From: Octopus vulgaris
Lineage: Eukaryota
Assembly (NCBI GenBank): GCA_951406725.2
Contig: OX597837.1
Span: 46,314,001 to 46,378,000, forward strand
DNA: 64,000 bases
Reading direction: 5' to 3'
Shown: piece by piece, positions 27,611 to 39,222 of the stretch
Layout: each line of letters begins with the position of its first letter
Numbering within the stretch: position 1 is the first letter of the stretch
Position numbers and translations under genes: made by a program
The notes under the pieces: model-generated
Seen by the model: only the letters and a program-made list of their open reading frames with translations
The model's database searches: none
Told to the model about the DNA's origin: nothing

Positions 27611-28175
27611 GTTATGATGAGGAGGGTTCCAGTTGATCCGATCAATGGAACAGCCTGCTCAGGAAATTAACGTGCAAGTGGCCGAGTACTCCACAGACAT
27701 GCGTACCCTTAACATAGTTCTCAAGGCATTTCATTGGTTATGATGATGAGGGTTCCAGTCGATCCCATCGATGGAACAGTCTGCTCATGAAATTAACATG
27801 CAAGTGGCCGAGTACTCCACAGACACGCGTACCCTCAACATAGTTCTCAAGGCATTCCATTGGTTATGACCATGAGGGTTCCAGTTGATCCCACCAACAG
27901 AACAGCCTGCTCATGAAATTTATGTGCAAGTGGCCGACTACTCCACAGACATGCGTACCCTTAATGTAGTTCTCAGGGAGATTCCACATGACACAGATTG
28001 TGACAAGGCTGGCCCCTTTGAAATGCAGGTACAACTCATTTTAGCCAGTTGAGAGGGCTGGAGCAATGTGAAATAAAGTGTCTTGCTGAAGGACATAACA
28101 AGTTTCTGAGAATCGAACTCATAACATTATGATCCTCAGCTGAATACCTTAACCACTAAGCCACGTGCCTTCACT
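27611..28175 (-). mobile_element. tRNA-derived SINE with triplicated 126-bp 3' segment
   Basis: tRNA-like head near 28175 (tggcttagtggtt...gagttcgattc); units start at 27611, 27737, 27863. Confidence 0.8.
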
Positions 28176-28436
28176 ATAAATATCACACACACATACATGT
28201 ATTGTATTTTGCCTGGTGGCTTGCAGTTCAGGCTCATGATCATAAGATTGTAGGTTCAATTCTTGGACTTGACTGCAAAAACGTATGCCAGTCAAGTGTT
28301 GCTACAACCATCTGCCGATAGCTGTCAGCTCCTGGATGTTCTGTAGAGTCAAAGACAGGCAAAACCGAAGCAGAACCATATTTCTGTTCAAACATTGATT
28401 TTGTTTCAGTTCATTTTAAAAATAATGAACAACTTG

Positions 28437-28822
28437 GGCGTAGGAGTGGCTGTGTGGTAAGTAGCTTGCTTACCAACCACATGGTTCTGGGTTCAGTCCC
28501 ACTGCATGGTACCTTGGGCAAGTGTCTTCTACTATAACCTTGGGCCGACCAAAGCCTTGTGAGTGGATTTCATAGACGGAAACTGAAAGCACATTGTATA
28601 TATGTATATATATATATATGTGTGTGTGTGTGTCTGTCCCCCCAACATCACTTGACAACCGATGCTGGTGTATTTACGTCCCCGTAACTTAGCGGTTCGG
28701 CAAAAGAGACCGATAGAATAAGTACTAGGCTTACAAAGAATAATTCCTAGGGTCGATTTGCTCGACTAAAGGCAGTGCTCCAGCATGACCACAGTCACAT
28801 GATTGAAACAAGTAAAAGAGTA
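28437..28822 (+). mobile_element. tRNA-derived SINE family A (internal TA/TG microsatellite), near full length
   Basis: A/B-box-like head tggctgtgtggtaag...ggttcagtccc; further copies near 3390-3787(-), 21549(+), 21965-22345(-), 33190-33620(-), 34180-34392(-), 43030-43435(+), 48840-49210(+), 49854-50250(+), 51719(+). Confidence 0.9.
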
Positions 28823-29718
28823 AATTAGAAAAATAATTTTGTTATTAGAAAGTCTCTGTTGCCATTCAGAGCAGAAATTAAAATTCAATTTCAATGGAAA
28901 GTTTTCATTTGGATCACTTTAAAACACTTTAAGTCTGTATCGTAGAACAAGTGGGCGGCCCCTGGAGGGTTGGTATCAGAAGAGTTAACCATTGCTGCCA
29001 CTTCTGCTACCATCACCCCTTATGTACACACATATGAGCACACCCAGACACACATGTGTACACACACATACATGCAAACACACACACATTCTCAAACCCC
29101 AAGAGATGTCTTGCCTTAACCGAGCTGTGCCACTTGAATTCTGCAAAACAAAAGAATCAAATAAATCCTAAAGGAAAATCGCACACATGCGCACGCACAC
29201 ACATCCTATAAACACATATTAAGTCAGGCTATAAAAATCAAAACCTTGTAGATAAACCAGAAGATTTTGAGCAGCTTGGAAAAATGATCAAACCTATCAG
29301 TTTCCTCTCTCTTTTAAGGCTCATCAGGGACCACTTACTCCTGCCTCCCAACCATCTCTCTTTAAGAATTTTAAAACCTACTTATAAAAACATAAACAAG
29401 AGTGTGAGTGTGTGAGTGGTACAACTTGTTCAAATAATGGTTAAGAGACCAACATTAACAATTAAGTGACCAAGAAAGTGGTGAGCTGGTAGAATCCTTA
29501 GTATGCTGGTCAAAATGATTAACAGCATTTCATCCATCTTTACATTCTGGGTTCGAATTCTGCCGAGGTGGACTTTGCCTTTCATCCTTTCAGGGTTGAT
29601 AAGATAAGTACCAGTTGAGCAGTGGGGTCGATTTAATCAACATAGACCCACCTCCAAACTTTCTAGTCATGTGCCAAAATTTAGATGACCAATAATCAGA
29701 TGACCAACACTGTGTGAA

Positions 29719-29755
<37 letters not shown>

Positions 29756-30779
29756 CTTAATGGACACTTTTTCCAGCTCCAGGCCAACCATTGCCTTGTG
29801 AGTGAATCTGGTGGAGGGAAACTGAGTCGAAACCCAGATATATATATGTGGTGGTGGTGGTGGTGGAGGATGCATGCATGTGTGTGGATGTGTGCGTACC
29901 TCTGTGTTTGTATTTGTTCTCACACCGAGTGACAACTGGTGCTGGTTTGTTTACATCCCCATAACTAAGGCACTTCAGCAGAAGGGACTCATAAATATGT
30001 ACCAGACTTAAATATAATGCTGCTAAGCATTTTCCCTGTAGGCTAACGACTCTGCCAGCTCACAGCCTTAACAAAAGGAAACGATGGATTCATATTTTGG
30101 CACAAGGCCAGCAATTTCAGAGAGGTTGGGGGGGGGGGTTACATCATCCCCAGTCTTCATCTCTACTACTTATTTTATCAGCCCCAAAAGGATGAAGGGC
30201 AAAATCAACCTCAGTGGTTATTTAAACTAATGGTGGCGAGCTGGCAGAAACGTTAGCACGTTGGGCGAAATGCTTAGCGGTATTTTGTCTCTCGCTACGT
30301 TCTGAGTTCAAATTCTGCCGAGGTCGACTTTGCCTTTCATCCTTTCGGGGTCGATTAAATAAGTACCAGTTATGCACTGGGGTCGATATAATCAACTTAA
30401 TCCATTTGTCTATCCTCCCTGTGTTTAGCCCCTTGTGGGCAATAAAGAACTCAGAATATAAAGACAGACAAAATGCTGCTAAGCAATTTTCTTGCCATGC
30501 TGACAATTCTTGCTGCTTTACCGAAATCTCTTCGTTTCCCAACAGGACTAAACAGACCAATGAGTTGGCAGTCCAATAAGCAGTTTTGCTCCTTCAGTGG
30601 TTTACATTGCAGAAGTTTATACATCAATTTTATATTAGATTCGTTGCAGGGGCTTACGTTACAGTACAGTGCAAAGTTCAGCCATTTGACTCTCTTTTTT
30701 TTCTCTTCCTTTCTAACTACTTGGAGAAAACAGTTTAACTTTCAAAAATTCAGGGAGAGCTAGAAACAGTTGTTAGTTG

Positions 30780-30811
30780 CATATGTATGTGTGCGTGTGT
30801 ACGTGTACATT

Positions 30812-30843
<32 letters not shown>

Positions 30844-31170
30844 CGTGTGTGTATGTATGTACATTTATATATATGTACCTGTGTGTGTATATATATATAT
30901 GTGTGTGTGTACGTACATTTATATATATGTACGTGTGTATATATATATATGTGTGTGTGTACATATATATGCATATATGTGTATATATATATATGTGAGT
31001 GTGTACATATATATGCATATATGTGTGTGTGTACATGTATATATATATGTACATATATATATGTACATGTATATATATATATATATTTACACATGCATAT
31101 GCATATATATAGATACACACACACACACAGATGTATGTATGTATAAAAATGTATGTATGCACACGCACAG
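30780..31170. repeat. Compound (TA)n/(TG)n/(CA)n microsatellite
   Basis: Direct reading; similar tracts at 470-890, 26840-27185, 42000-42415, 55755-56095. Confidence 0.95.
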
Positions 31171-31955
31171 AAACGCACAAAAATAATAAGAACAACAACA
31201 GCCCCCCCCCCCTCTGATAGACACATTACAAGCTTTTATGATAAACTAAACAAGAGACAAGAAGCCAATTTGTACCCAAAGCAAAAGCAACAGTGAAACA
31301 CACACCCTGCAAATTCTGAACCAAAAAGAATAAAACCCAGCTCCACCCTTTTTTCTTTTTTTATCATGGAGATGAAAGAATTCTTAAGAAAAACCCAAAG
31401 AAGTTAAATGCAATCCCACTGGAGATGGATTGTCAAGGATTGCTAAGATCGAAAAATGCACAGAAATTGAGGACATCAAAATGTGGAATTGTCAACTAGG
31501 GTGTCACCAGGGTAGCATGTGTGTGCAAGAGAGAGAGAGAGAGAGGGGGAGGGAGAAAGAAAGAAAGATAGAGAGAGAGAGAGAGAGAGTGTGTGTTTGT
31601 GTTTACATAGATTATCATCATGTCCATTTTCCATATTTGCAAAGGTCAGATGTAATTCATTGGGAAAGATTTTTAATGCCCAAGAACCCTTCCTACTGTC
31701 AAACCTCACCTATTTCCAAGCAAGGTAATAGTGGTTTTAAATTTTGGTACAAGGCCAGCAATTTCAGGGGGAGCGGGTAAGCCTGAAGATTGCATGAAGG
31801 CATTAGATGTGTTATGAAATGATGTCTGAGTCATTTTCATCACATCAAAATATCAGCAGCTCATTGTTCTTTAAACAATATTTACCTCTCACCAGATGAT
31901 GGAGGACTTTTTTTGTTGATCTTATCTTCATGGAGCAAAAAATATATATATATAG

Positions 31956-32170
31956 GCTTTATTTAAAAGCACCAGAAATATAACAAAAGCTGTTACTCAG
32001 AGTTTCACGTTCCCGTTCATTAACAAAACTGTCCGACAAACGGGAACGTGGAACTCTGAGTAACAGCTTTTGTTAGATTTCTGCTGCTTTTAAATAAAGC
32101 ATATTACTCTACCCCTGGTATTTGAGTACTCTTTTCTCCCACCTTGTTTCACATTTATGTGCTTACTCCG

Positions 32171-32172
<2 letters not shown>
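31956..32172. mobile_element. Palindromic element with 62-bp arms carrying hammerhead-like motifs
   Basis: Arms 31956-32017 and 32039-32100 are reverse complements with 3 differences; flanked by (TA)n and (TG)n(TA)n. Confidence 0.75.
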
Positions 32173-32223
<51 letters not shown>

Positions 32224-32647
32224 TATACACACATACACATACTGATGCTCTGCTAATTGATGATGATGATGATGATATATGCTATATTTGATGGTATATA
32301 AACATATATTGGTTTCTAAAAAATCTCTTTAAAAAATCATCCTGGATCTCATATGTAAAGTTAGGTCTCTCATAAGCTTTAAAGCACTAAAATCTGACTG
32401 CATAAATTTCATTTGACCTATGAAAGCATGGAGAAGTGGACCTTAGGATTATATATGCACACACACACATGCTATTTAAAAAGCACCCATTACACCCTGT
32501 TAAGTGGTTGGCATTTGGAAGGGCATTCAGCTGTAAAAACCATACCAAAGGAGATATGGAAACTGGTGAAGCCCTCTGGTTTCTCTACTCTTGTCAAACC
32601 GTCCAACACATGCCAGTATGCAAATAAAGGATGTTATATGATGATGA

Positions 32648-32701
<54 letters not shown>

Positions 32702-33230
32702 ACGTATGTATATTTATGTATAAGCATGTGTGTATATATGTGTGTATGTGTGTGTGTGTGTATATATATAGATGGATGGATAGATAGATCAAAATATAAA
32801 ATGAAAAAGCAAAACATTTGGCATGATTCCAAAAACACTCAATTTACAATAGAGTTTATTATATTCTCTGTGTGGTGCACAGTAGAGACTTTATCTTCTT
32901 ATCCTAAGCATTCTGCACTGTTTATATTCTCTGTGTGAATTAAATGGCTTTTGAATGATGGCAAATGTTTTGCTTTTTCATTTTCCCTTTTAATCTATAT
33001 TCAAACTGCTCAAGGAGAAACCACTTCCAGCCACATTTGATAAGCAATTACAGCACCATATTTTTCGGATGCAGTCAGTTGATGAAGAACATTTTTTGTG
33101 TGTGTGTGTGTGTATATATACATACATATATATATGTACATACACAAACACACACATACATATATGTATATATATATGTAGTAAAATAAGGATTGAAGAA
33201 TTTTTAGTTGAATGAATTGACTCCAGTACT

Positions 33231-33312
<82 letters not shown>

Positions 33313-33432
33313 GCCTGGTACTCATTCTATCAATCTCTTTTGCCAAACTGCTTAGTAATGGGGACATAAACACACCAACACCAGTTGTCAAGTACTGGTG
33401 GGGGACAAATACAGATACAAAGACAAAAACTA

Positions 33433-33463
<31 letters not shown>

Positions 33464-33733
33464 AATACAACGGGGTTCTTTCAGTTTCTGCCTACCAAAT
33501 CCACTCACAAGCCCTTGGTCAGCCGGAGGCTGTAGTAAAAAACACTTGTACAAGTTGCTACACAGTGGGACTGAACCAGGAACTATGTGGTTGGGAAGCA
33601 AATTTTTTACCACAGAGCCAGACTTGAATCTATATTTGCTAATATTTTTACAAGAGAAAAAAACACAACCAGATACATTTGTTCCTGATTCAAAGAAAAG
33701 AAAAGAAATCCTCACTTAACTTTAGACACTTAC

Positions 33734-34158
33734 TCAACTTTGGTTTTACTTTTACATTTGTTCTTACTGCTACTTGATCCTGGCATCTTGGGAGTGTCGT
33801 CACCCAGGCATCTGTTCATGTCGGAAGCAGTGGAATCAACAGCCAAGGTCTCATGACTTTTTACTGAAGATGATTCTTTGGAGTGGCAATTTCGGGTCTC
33901 TGCTGCATTGTTGCTATTAGATACCTTTATATGGACATCTTTCTGTTGTTGTTGTTGTTGTTGGGGTACCTTGATCATAGTGTCAGACTCGGAATCTGTT
34001 GAATTCAGAATCTCCTTTTTCATGGTGGGTATGTTGTCGGATGGGAAGCTGTGGCGTGGTCCTTCTATCTGCTTCTGATGTTTCAGTAACCAGGCTTTGT
34101 TGATTCTGGCATCTGTAATCTCTTGTTTCATCTCAGAAATATCATAAACTGGTGCCAG
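33734..34158 (-). CDS. RAD52: RAD52 coding exon (end of N-terminal domain plus long Ser/Gln-rich linker)
   Basis: Acceptor ttccttcttctgtggcag, donor gtaagt; 425 nt open, phase 0 to 2; LAPVYDISEMKQEITDARINKAW...QQQQQQQ...KSKTKV(E). Confidence 0.88.
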
Positions 34159-34390
34159 CTGCCACAGAAGAAGGAAATTAATTGTCAAGCAATGTTGGTG
34201 GGGACAAACACAGGCACACAAACACACACACATATATATATATATATATACAACGAGGTTTTTTCAGTTTTTGTCTACCAAATCCATTCACAAGGCTTTG
34301 GTTGGCTATAGTAGAAGACACTTGCCCAGGGTGCCACGCAGTGGGACTGAACCCAGAACCATGTGGTAAGCTTCTTACCACACAGCCACT

Positions 34391-34432
<42 letters not shown>

Positions 34433-34446
34433 TAATTTAATGAACA

Positions 34447-34646
34447 CAGTAAACCTTTATGAGCTCTACTAATATTTTCATGCATTGGAGATGTTGTCTA
34501 GGAAAGTTTTAATATGATTTGTAAATTGTATAACCCATGTGCTCAAAGCCTACAGATTGTTCAGACACACAAGGCCTGTTGTTAAAACCTGCCTAGAAAA
34601 CATCTCCAATGTATGAAACTATTAGTAGCTCATAACTATATACTGT
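34447..34646. mobile_element. Tigger/pogo-like MITE with long imperfect TIRs
   Basis: cagtaaacctttatgagctctactaata...cattggagatgtt pairs with aacatctccaatg...tattagtagctcataactatatactg. Confidence 0.65.
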
Positions 34647-35323
34647 GTACATTAAACAATATTTATCTCTCACTAGATGGAGTACTTGTTTTGAAAAATA
34701 AACACATACATATATGTATATGTACACACATATTAGACACCATATTTTCTTCCAAATCGCTAAAATAATCAACAATATTTCTTTAAACCAAAAGGAAAGC
34801 TTTTATAGAGTCACTTGCCCTGCTAGACATGTCAGCTAAATCTCTCTGAAATAAACCCCAACATTTAAAAAAAGAATGTAACCGTTTCTTAACCCCATCA
34901 GTTTAAGTTTATTTTCTATGATGGCTTGAGTTAGGTCAAAGGACCGCATCTCATTCAATATATTCCAATTTTTGGCATGGTTTCTATGGTTTGATGTCCT
35001 TCAAAACACCAAGTTTGCACCAGGTACTGGACACATTTTATTGTGGAACCAGCAATAGTGAGCCTCTGATATACAAAAATATGAGAGTCACAGAATTCCT
35101 TTGGTAAAAGATCTGTTTGGTGAAAGTTATTGAACAACAAAATCAACAAAATCACTTCTTGTTTGATGTGAAAGGAAGAACTTTAGTTCAGAAATATACA
35201 AGAAACAGCTACAGCTGCTTCCACAATGGAAAACAACCCTAAATTTGAGGACTTATTCAACCCAGGGCATTATTATGGTAATTATAGAGAAATGAGGCAC
35301 AAATTAGGTGCAAATTAACTCAC

Positions 35324-35399
35324 AGGTTTTGCTGCTTTGTTAATGCATCTTAAGTATTCTTTGTCTGATAAACAATTTCCAAGGGAATTTCCGAAACTT
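35324..35399 (-). CDS. RAD52: RAD52 coding exon
   Basis: Acceptor tttcattcacag, donor gtgagt; 76 nt; SFGNSLGNCLSDKEYLRCINKAAKP. Confidence 0.97.
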
Positions 35400-35754
35400 C
35401 TGTGAATGAAAAGAGAAAATAACAAAAACCCAAAAAATAAATAAAATAAATTTGAGAGTAAAAGTAGATTGTATTCATGTTTACGTACGAAGTGTGATGC
35501 TGTAATGGCAGTGAAACATGGAGACTGAACAGGGAGGATGAGGGGAGTCTGGAGATGGAATTTCATCTTGAAGCAAGTGTGTTTTCATTGAGATGTCTCT
35601 GTCCAATTAATGTAGACAAACAATGAAATAGTAAGGAACTGTGAGAAACACAGAGTCCAGGAGGATATGAGATGCAGGGTTCCAAAGAGAAGCCTGCATT
35701 GGTATGGACAGCTAACGAACATGGAAGATAATGAAGTCCCAAGATATCCAAGTA

Positions 35755-36190
35755 GGAAATAATCCAGAATTCTTGTCTGGCTACTGGATCGATCCCAAAA
35801 TCTAATCAGTTCGTGCTAGTCAAAAGGCCAAACATCTCTGAAAATTTCATCTGAATCCATCCAGTGGTTCTTGAGATATCTTGTCCATGGACAAACAAAC
35901 AAATGTGACTGAAAAGAATACCTCTGCCTTCGCTAAGGCAGAAGTAATAAACTTGATGCCCTCACAAGCGAGAATACTAAAAAATTAAGTAAAACAACGG
36001 GAAAAATAATCCAGAATCCTTGACTGGTACTGGATCGATCCCAAAATCTAATCAGTTCGTGCTAGTCAAAAGGCCAAACATCTCTGAAAATTTCATCTGA
36101 ATCCATCCAGTGGTTCTTGAGATATCTTGTCCATGGACAGACAAACACAACTGGAAACAATACCCTTGCCTTCGCTAAGGAGGAGATAAT
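35755..36190 (-). mobile_element. Tandem dimer of a Helentron-associated (HINE/DINE-like) non-autonomous element
   Basis: Two ~190-bp near-identical units (35757-35948, 36004-36190), each with terminal hairpin acctctgcctt-cgct-aaggcagaagt and a (caaa/caga)n tract. Confidence 0.65.
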
Positions 36191-36226
36191 AATAAATTAG
36201 GTTATAACCACTTGTCTTCCACTCAC

Positions 36227-36345
36227 TTTAAAGCCCTCTTCAAACCATCCGTGACTGCTTCCTTCCTTGCTTTCTCAATACTAAGAGCCTTCGATTTCAT
36301 TCCTTCGCTTACACCATACCCAATATCTTCATGATAAACTCCATC
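36227..36345 (-). CDS. RAD52: RAD52 coding exon
   Basis: Acceptor cattttgcag, donor gtgagt; 119 nt; [40 protein letters not shown], the RAD52 signature. Absent from the ORF track. Confidence 0.98.
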
Positions 36346-37172
36346 CTGCAAAATGTAGCAACAAAAATGAAATGAGTATACATGTACACTTGTTCAGGTA
36401 ATATTTGGTGAGTGGATCACTGTTTCAGCTACACACTGGCTCAGTCAATTGTCATTGATCAAAGCATGACAGGCAACAAAATGTGTGGCAGATACAGAAT
36501 ATTATTACTGTTGCTTGGCTGTAATCAATACAGCCGAGAGTTTCTGGAATGCAAGTTGTCAGTTACGGTGAAAGGTGTTTAACTGTGTGTTTTCATTTCT
36601 TTGTATAATCTGGAAAGTGATGTTTTCCAGGTAGATATACTGATCCCAACATTAAAGCTGTTGAAAAATTTATTGTATCTGAAAACGTTGCCAGCCTCGC
36701 CTGGCCCCTGTGCCAGTGGCACGTAAAAGCACCCACTACACTCACAGTGTGGTTGGCGTTAGGAAGGGCATCCAGCTGTAGAAATACTGCCAGATCAGAC
36801 TGGAGCCTGGTGCAGCCTCCTGGCTTCCCAGACCCCGGTTGAACTGTCCAACCCATGCCAGCATGGAAAACAGGCATTAAACGATGATGATGATGATGAA
36901 AACCACAATATAAATCCACAACCGATTCAACAAATATTGGAAAGTTGCCATCTTTGATTGCCATCTATGGACTGGACAGCTTCCCTTCTTGCACCATAGC
37001 AATCTATCTAGCAATAATGTTATTTGCGGTCAGTTACATATTTGGGCACCCAACTTGTCTTGACCAATGGCAATCAGCCTGGCTTCTGCATTGTCTATAC
37101 CCAACTTCACCTATTTTACAAATATGGTCTGCATCTTAAAATAACACTAATTCCCAGTGTGTGTGTGTGTAC

Positions 37173-37528
37173 CAGTGGTTCTCAACTTGGGTCCACATGA
37201 CACCATGAAGGTCCATATAAGATTTGAGCGGGTGGTCCCATGCAAGAAAAATAGTGAAATGAGGATCTACAGTAGTATACTAAGGGTTCATGAAAAATTT
37301 TGCCTTAGATTTATTTATTGCCAGAAATTAGCTTGGTTTCTTTCCCTACCATTTTACACAGTTCAACCCACACAAGTGAATACAAATAAACGAACTTTGG
37401 AAAATAGGAATTATTAAAGAAGTTTCTATAAGACTAGTTTTTAAAGATCAAATGGCTACAGGGGTCCACCAGAAGAAAATAGTAATCAAAGGGCACCCAT
37501 AGGTAAAAAAAATGGTTGAGAACCTCTG
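37173..37528. mobile_element. hAT (Charlie-like) MITE
   Basis: TIRs cagtggttctcaac / gttgagaacctctg; degenerate 8-bp flanks. Confidence 0.75.
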
Positions 37529-37788
37529 GCGTAGATGAACAACTATTGACACAAATGTCCGTCATCTGAACTATCAAAGGCACGTAGGACATGTATCTAA
37601 TCATTGGTTGTTTGCCATGAACCTCCACACACACATAAACACCCACCACACACGTGTGCACACATGTGCATTTATACACACCTGCATATATTCTCAGCAC
37701 TCATGGTCCAGTTGTTACTGGTCATAAAATTTGAAACTTGAGCAATGAATGATTTAAATGGCAAGAGCTTCTGCATCCAATATCTTAC

Positions 37789-37856
37789 CTTCAGTTGCAC
37801 TCTTACAAAAGCACTGACCCCAACATAGTATCTGCCATTGAAATGGTCGACAAAAT
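37789..37856 (-). CDS. RAD52: RAD52 coding exon
   Basis: Acceptor tttttgtag, donor gtaaga; 68 nt; (D)FVDHFNGRYYVGVSAFVRVQLK; phase 1 start fits the previous exon. Confidence 0.96.
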
Positions 37857-39179
37857 CTACAAAAAATAACAACAGAAACATAACATGTGTAGCGCATAAT
37901 AGCATTTAACAAATCGAATAAAATAAAGAAAAAAGAGGAAAATGTTGAGCAGGGGTTCAATGAAACTTTTGTAATTGTATGTCGCATGGTAGGGCCACTG
38001 GCAACTAAACTGGCAACCATACAAAACCTGCTTAGTAAAGGGTGGTAGTTTTCATTGAACCCCCAGGAGAATGAAATACAAAACCTACGAAAGGGCAGAT
38101 GAACGCAGTAGAGTCAACGGCCATTGAAGAGCTGGTAGTGGCAGATTCTCTGACCTTTCTTTCGACATCTCCCGAGGAGAAAGAAAACTCTGATGTAACT
38201 CCAATGATTTCGTTTGAGAAAATCATACATTGTTCACAGAGTGTGCAGGACCTTTCTTTAAAAAGCCTCTGGCCCTGTCACTGCTAAATTTTTAATAGGT
38301 CTGTCATGTGTTTCATACTCTATGGCTGGTCATAGTTGAAAAGAGTAAAATACTCAATGAAAAATTTTATGATAAAATGAAAGCATATGTCAACATGGGT
38401 CCTTGAACACCTACTGCAAGAGGCACCCATCATTGCCACGTTTTTAATTGTGCAAAAACATGTAGGTAACTAGCAGGGCTGAAAAGTCACATCTGTGTTA
38501 CTTTAAGGGAACAATCAAGGAATGGTATTGCTCGAAATAATCGTTGAGAGGAAATTGGTGATGCCTTGGTAGAGGTTTGCACTCTCTGAGTACTCTTGTT
38601 ATTATTATTATTATCATTATTATTAAGGTGGCAAAACAGATGTCAAATGATGAATATAAATACATACAGATAAATAGATAGATAAACAGATAGAGATAGA
38701 CAGAGAGAGGGAAGGAAAGAGACAGAATGGAGACTGCCAGGGTAGATATAAAGTGTGATATGTGGCATTCCATAAGTGGGTCTGTGGTTCTTTTCTGGCC
38801 CCAAACCCATGTTTATGATATTTAATATCATTTAGCTTAAAATCTCAAATTTAATCCAAAAGTTGAACACTGTTTAAAAACAAAGGATGTTATTTTATAA
38901 ATAACGAAGGAAATGTGAATAAGAATTTCAAAACAGATGGTTTAACAGCAGAATGTAAGTGGGAAAGAAAGGTGGGGAAAATCTTAGAATTTACTCTTAA
39001 CACAAATATAAACGTCAAATATTTATATTCCAGATACTGCAGCACTGCCACCGAAAATTCATGTGGTTGATGTTGTTATTGTTTAACCCCCTAAATTAGC
39101 CCTACTCTTACATAATCTTACATAATCAATACTGAATGTGACCAACTGACATAACCCCTATTCAGCATAGTTGTCATTC

Positions 39180-39222
<43 letters not shown>

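Noticed and set aside
27611-27985. Possible CRISPR array
   Set aside because: Long units with no unique spacers, part of a SINE, eukaryotic context.
37960-38480. Coding-looking segment upstream of the 68-nt RAD52 exon
   Set aside because: Possibly a very old DNA-transposase remnant; too degraded to call.
38770-38831. 'MGLGPEK' resembling RAD52 RLGPE
   Set aside because: Wrong position (downstream of the exon 4 equivalent) and no further similarity.
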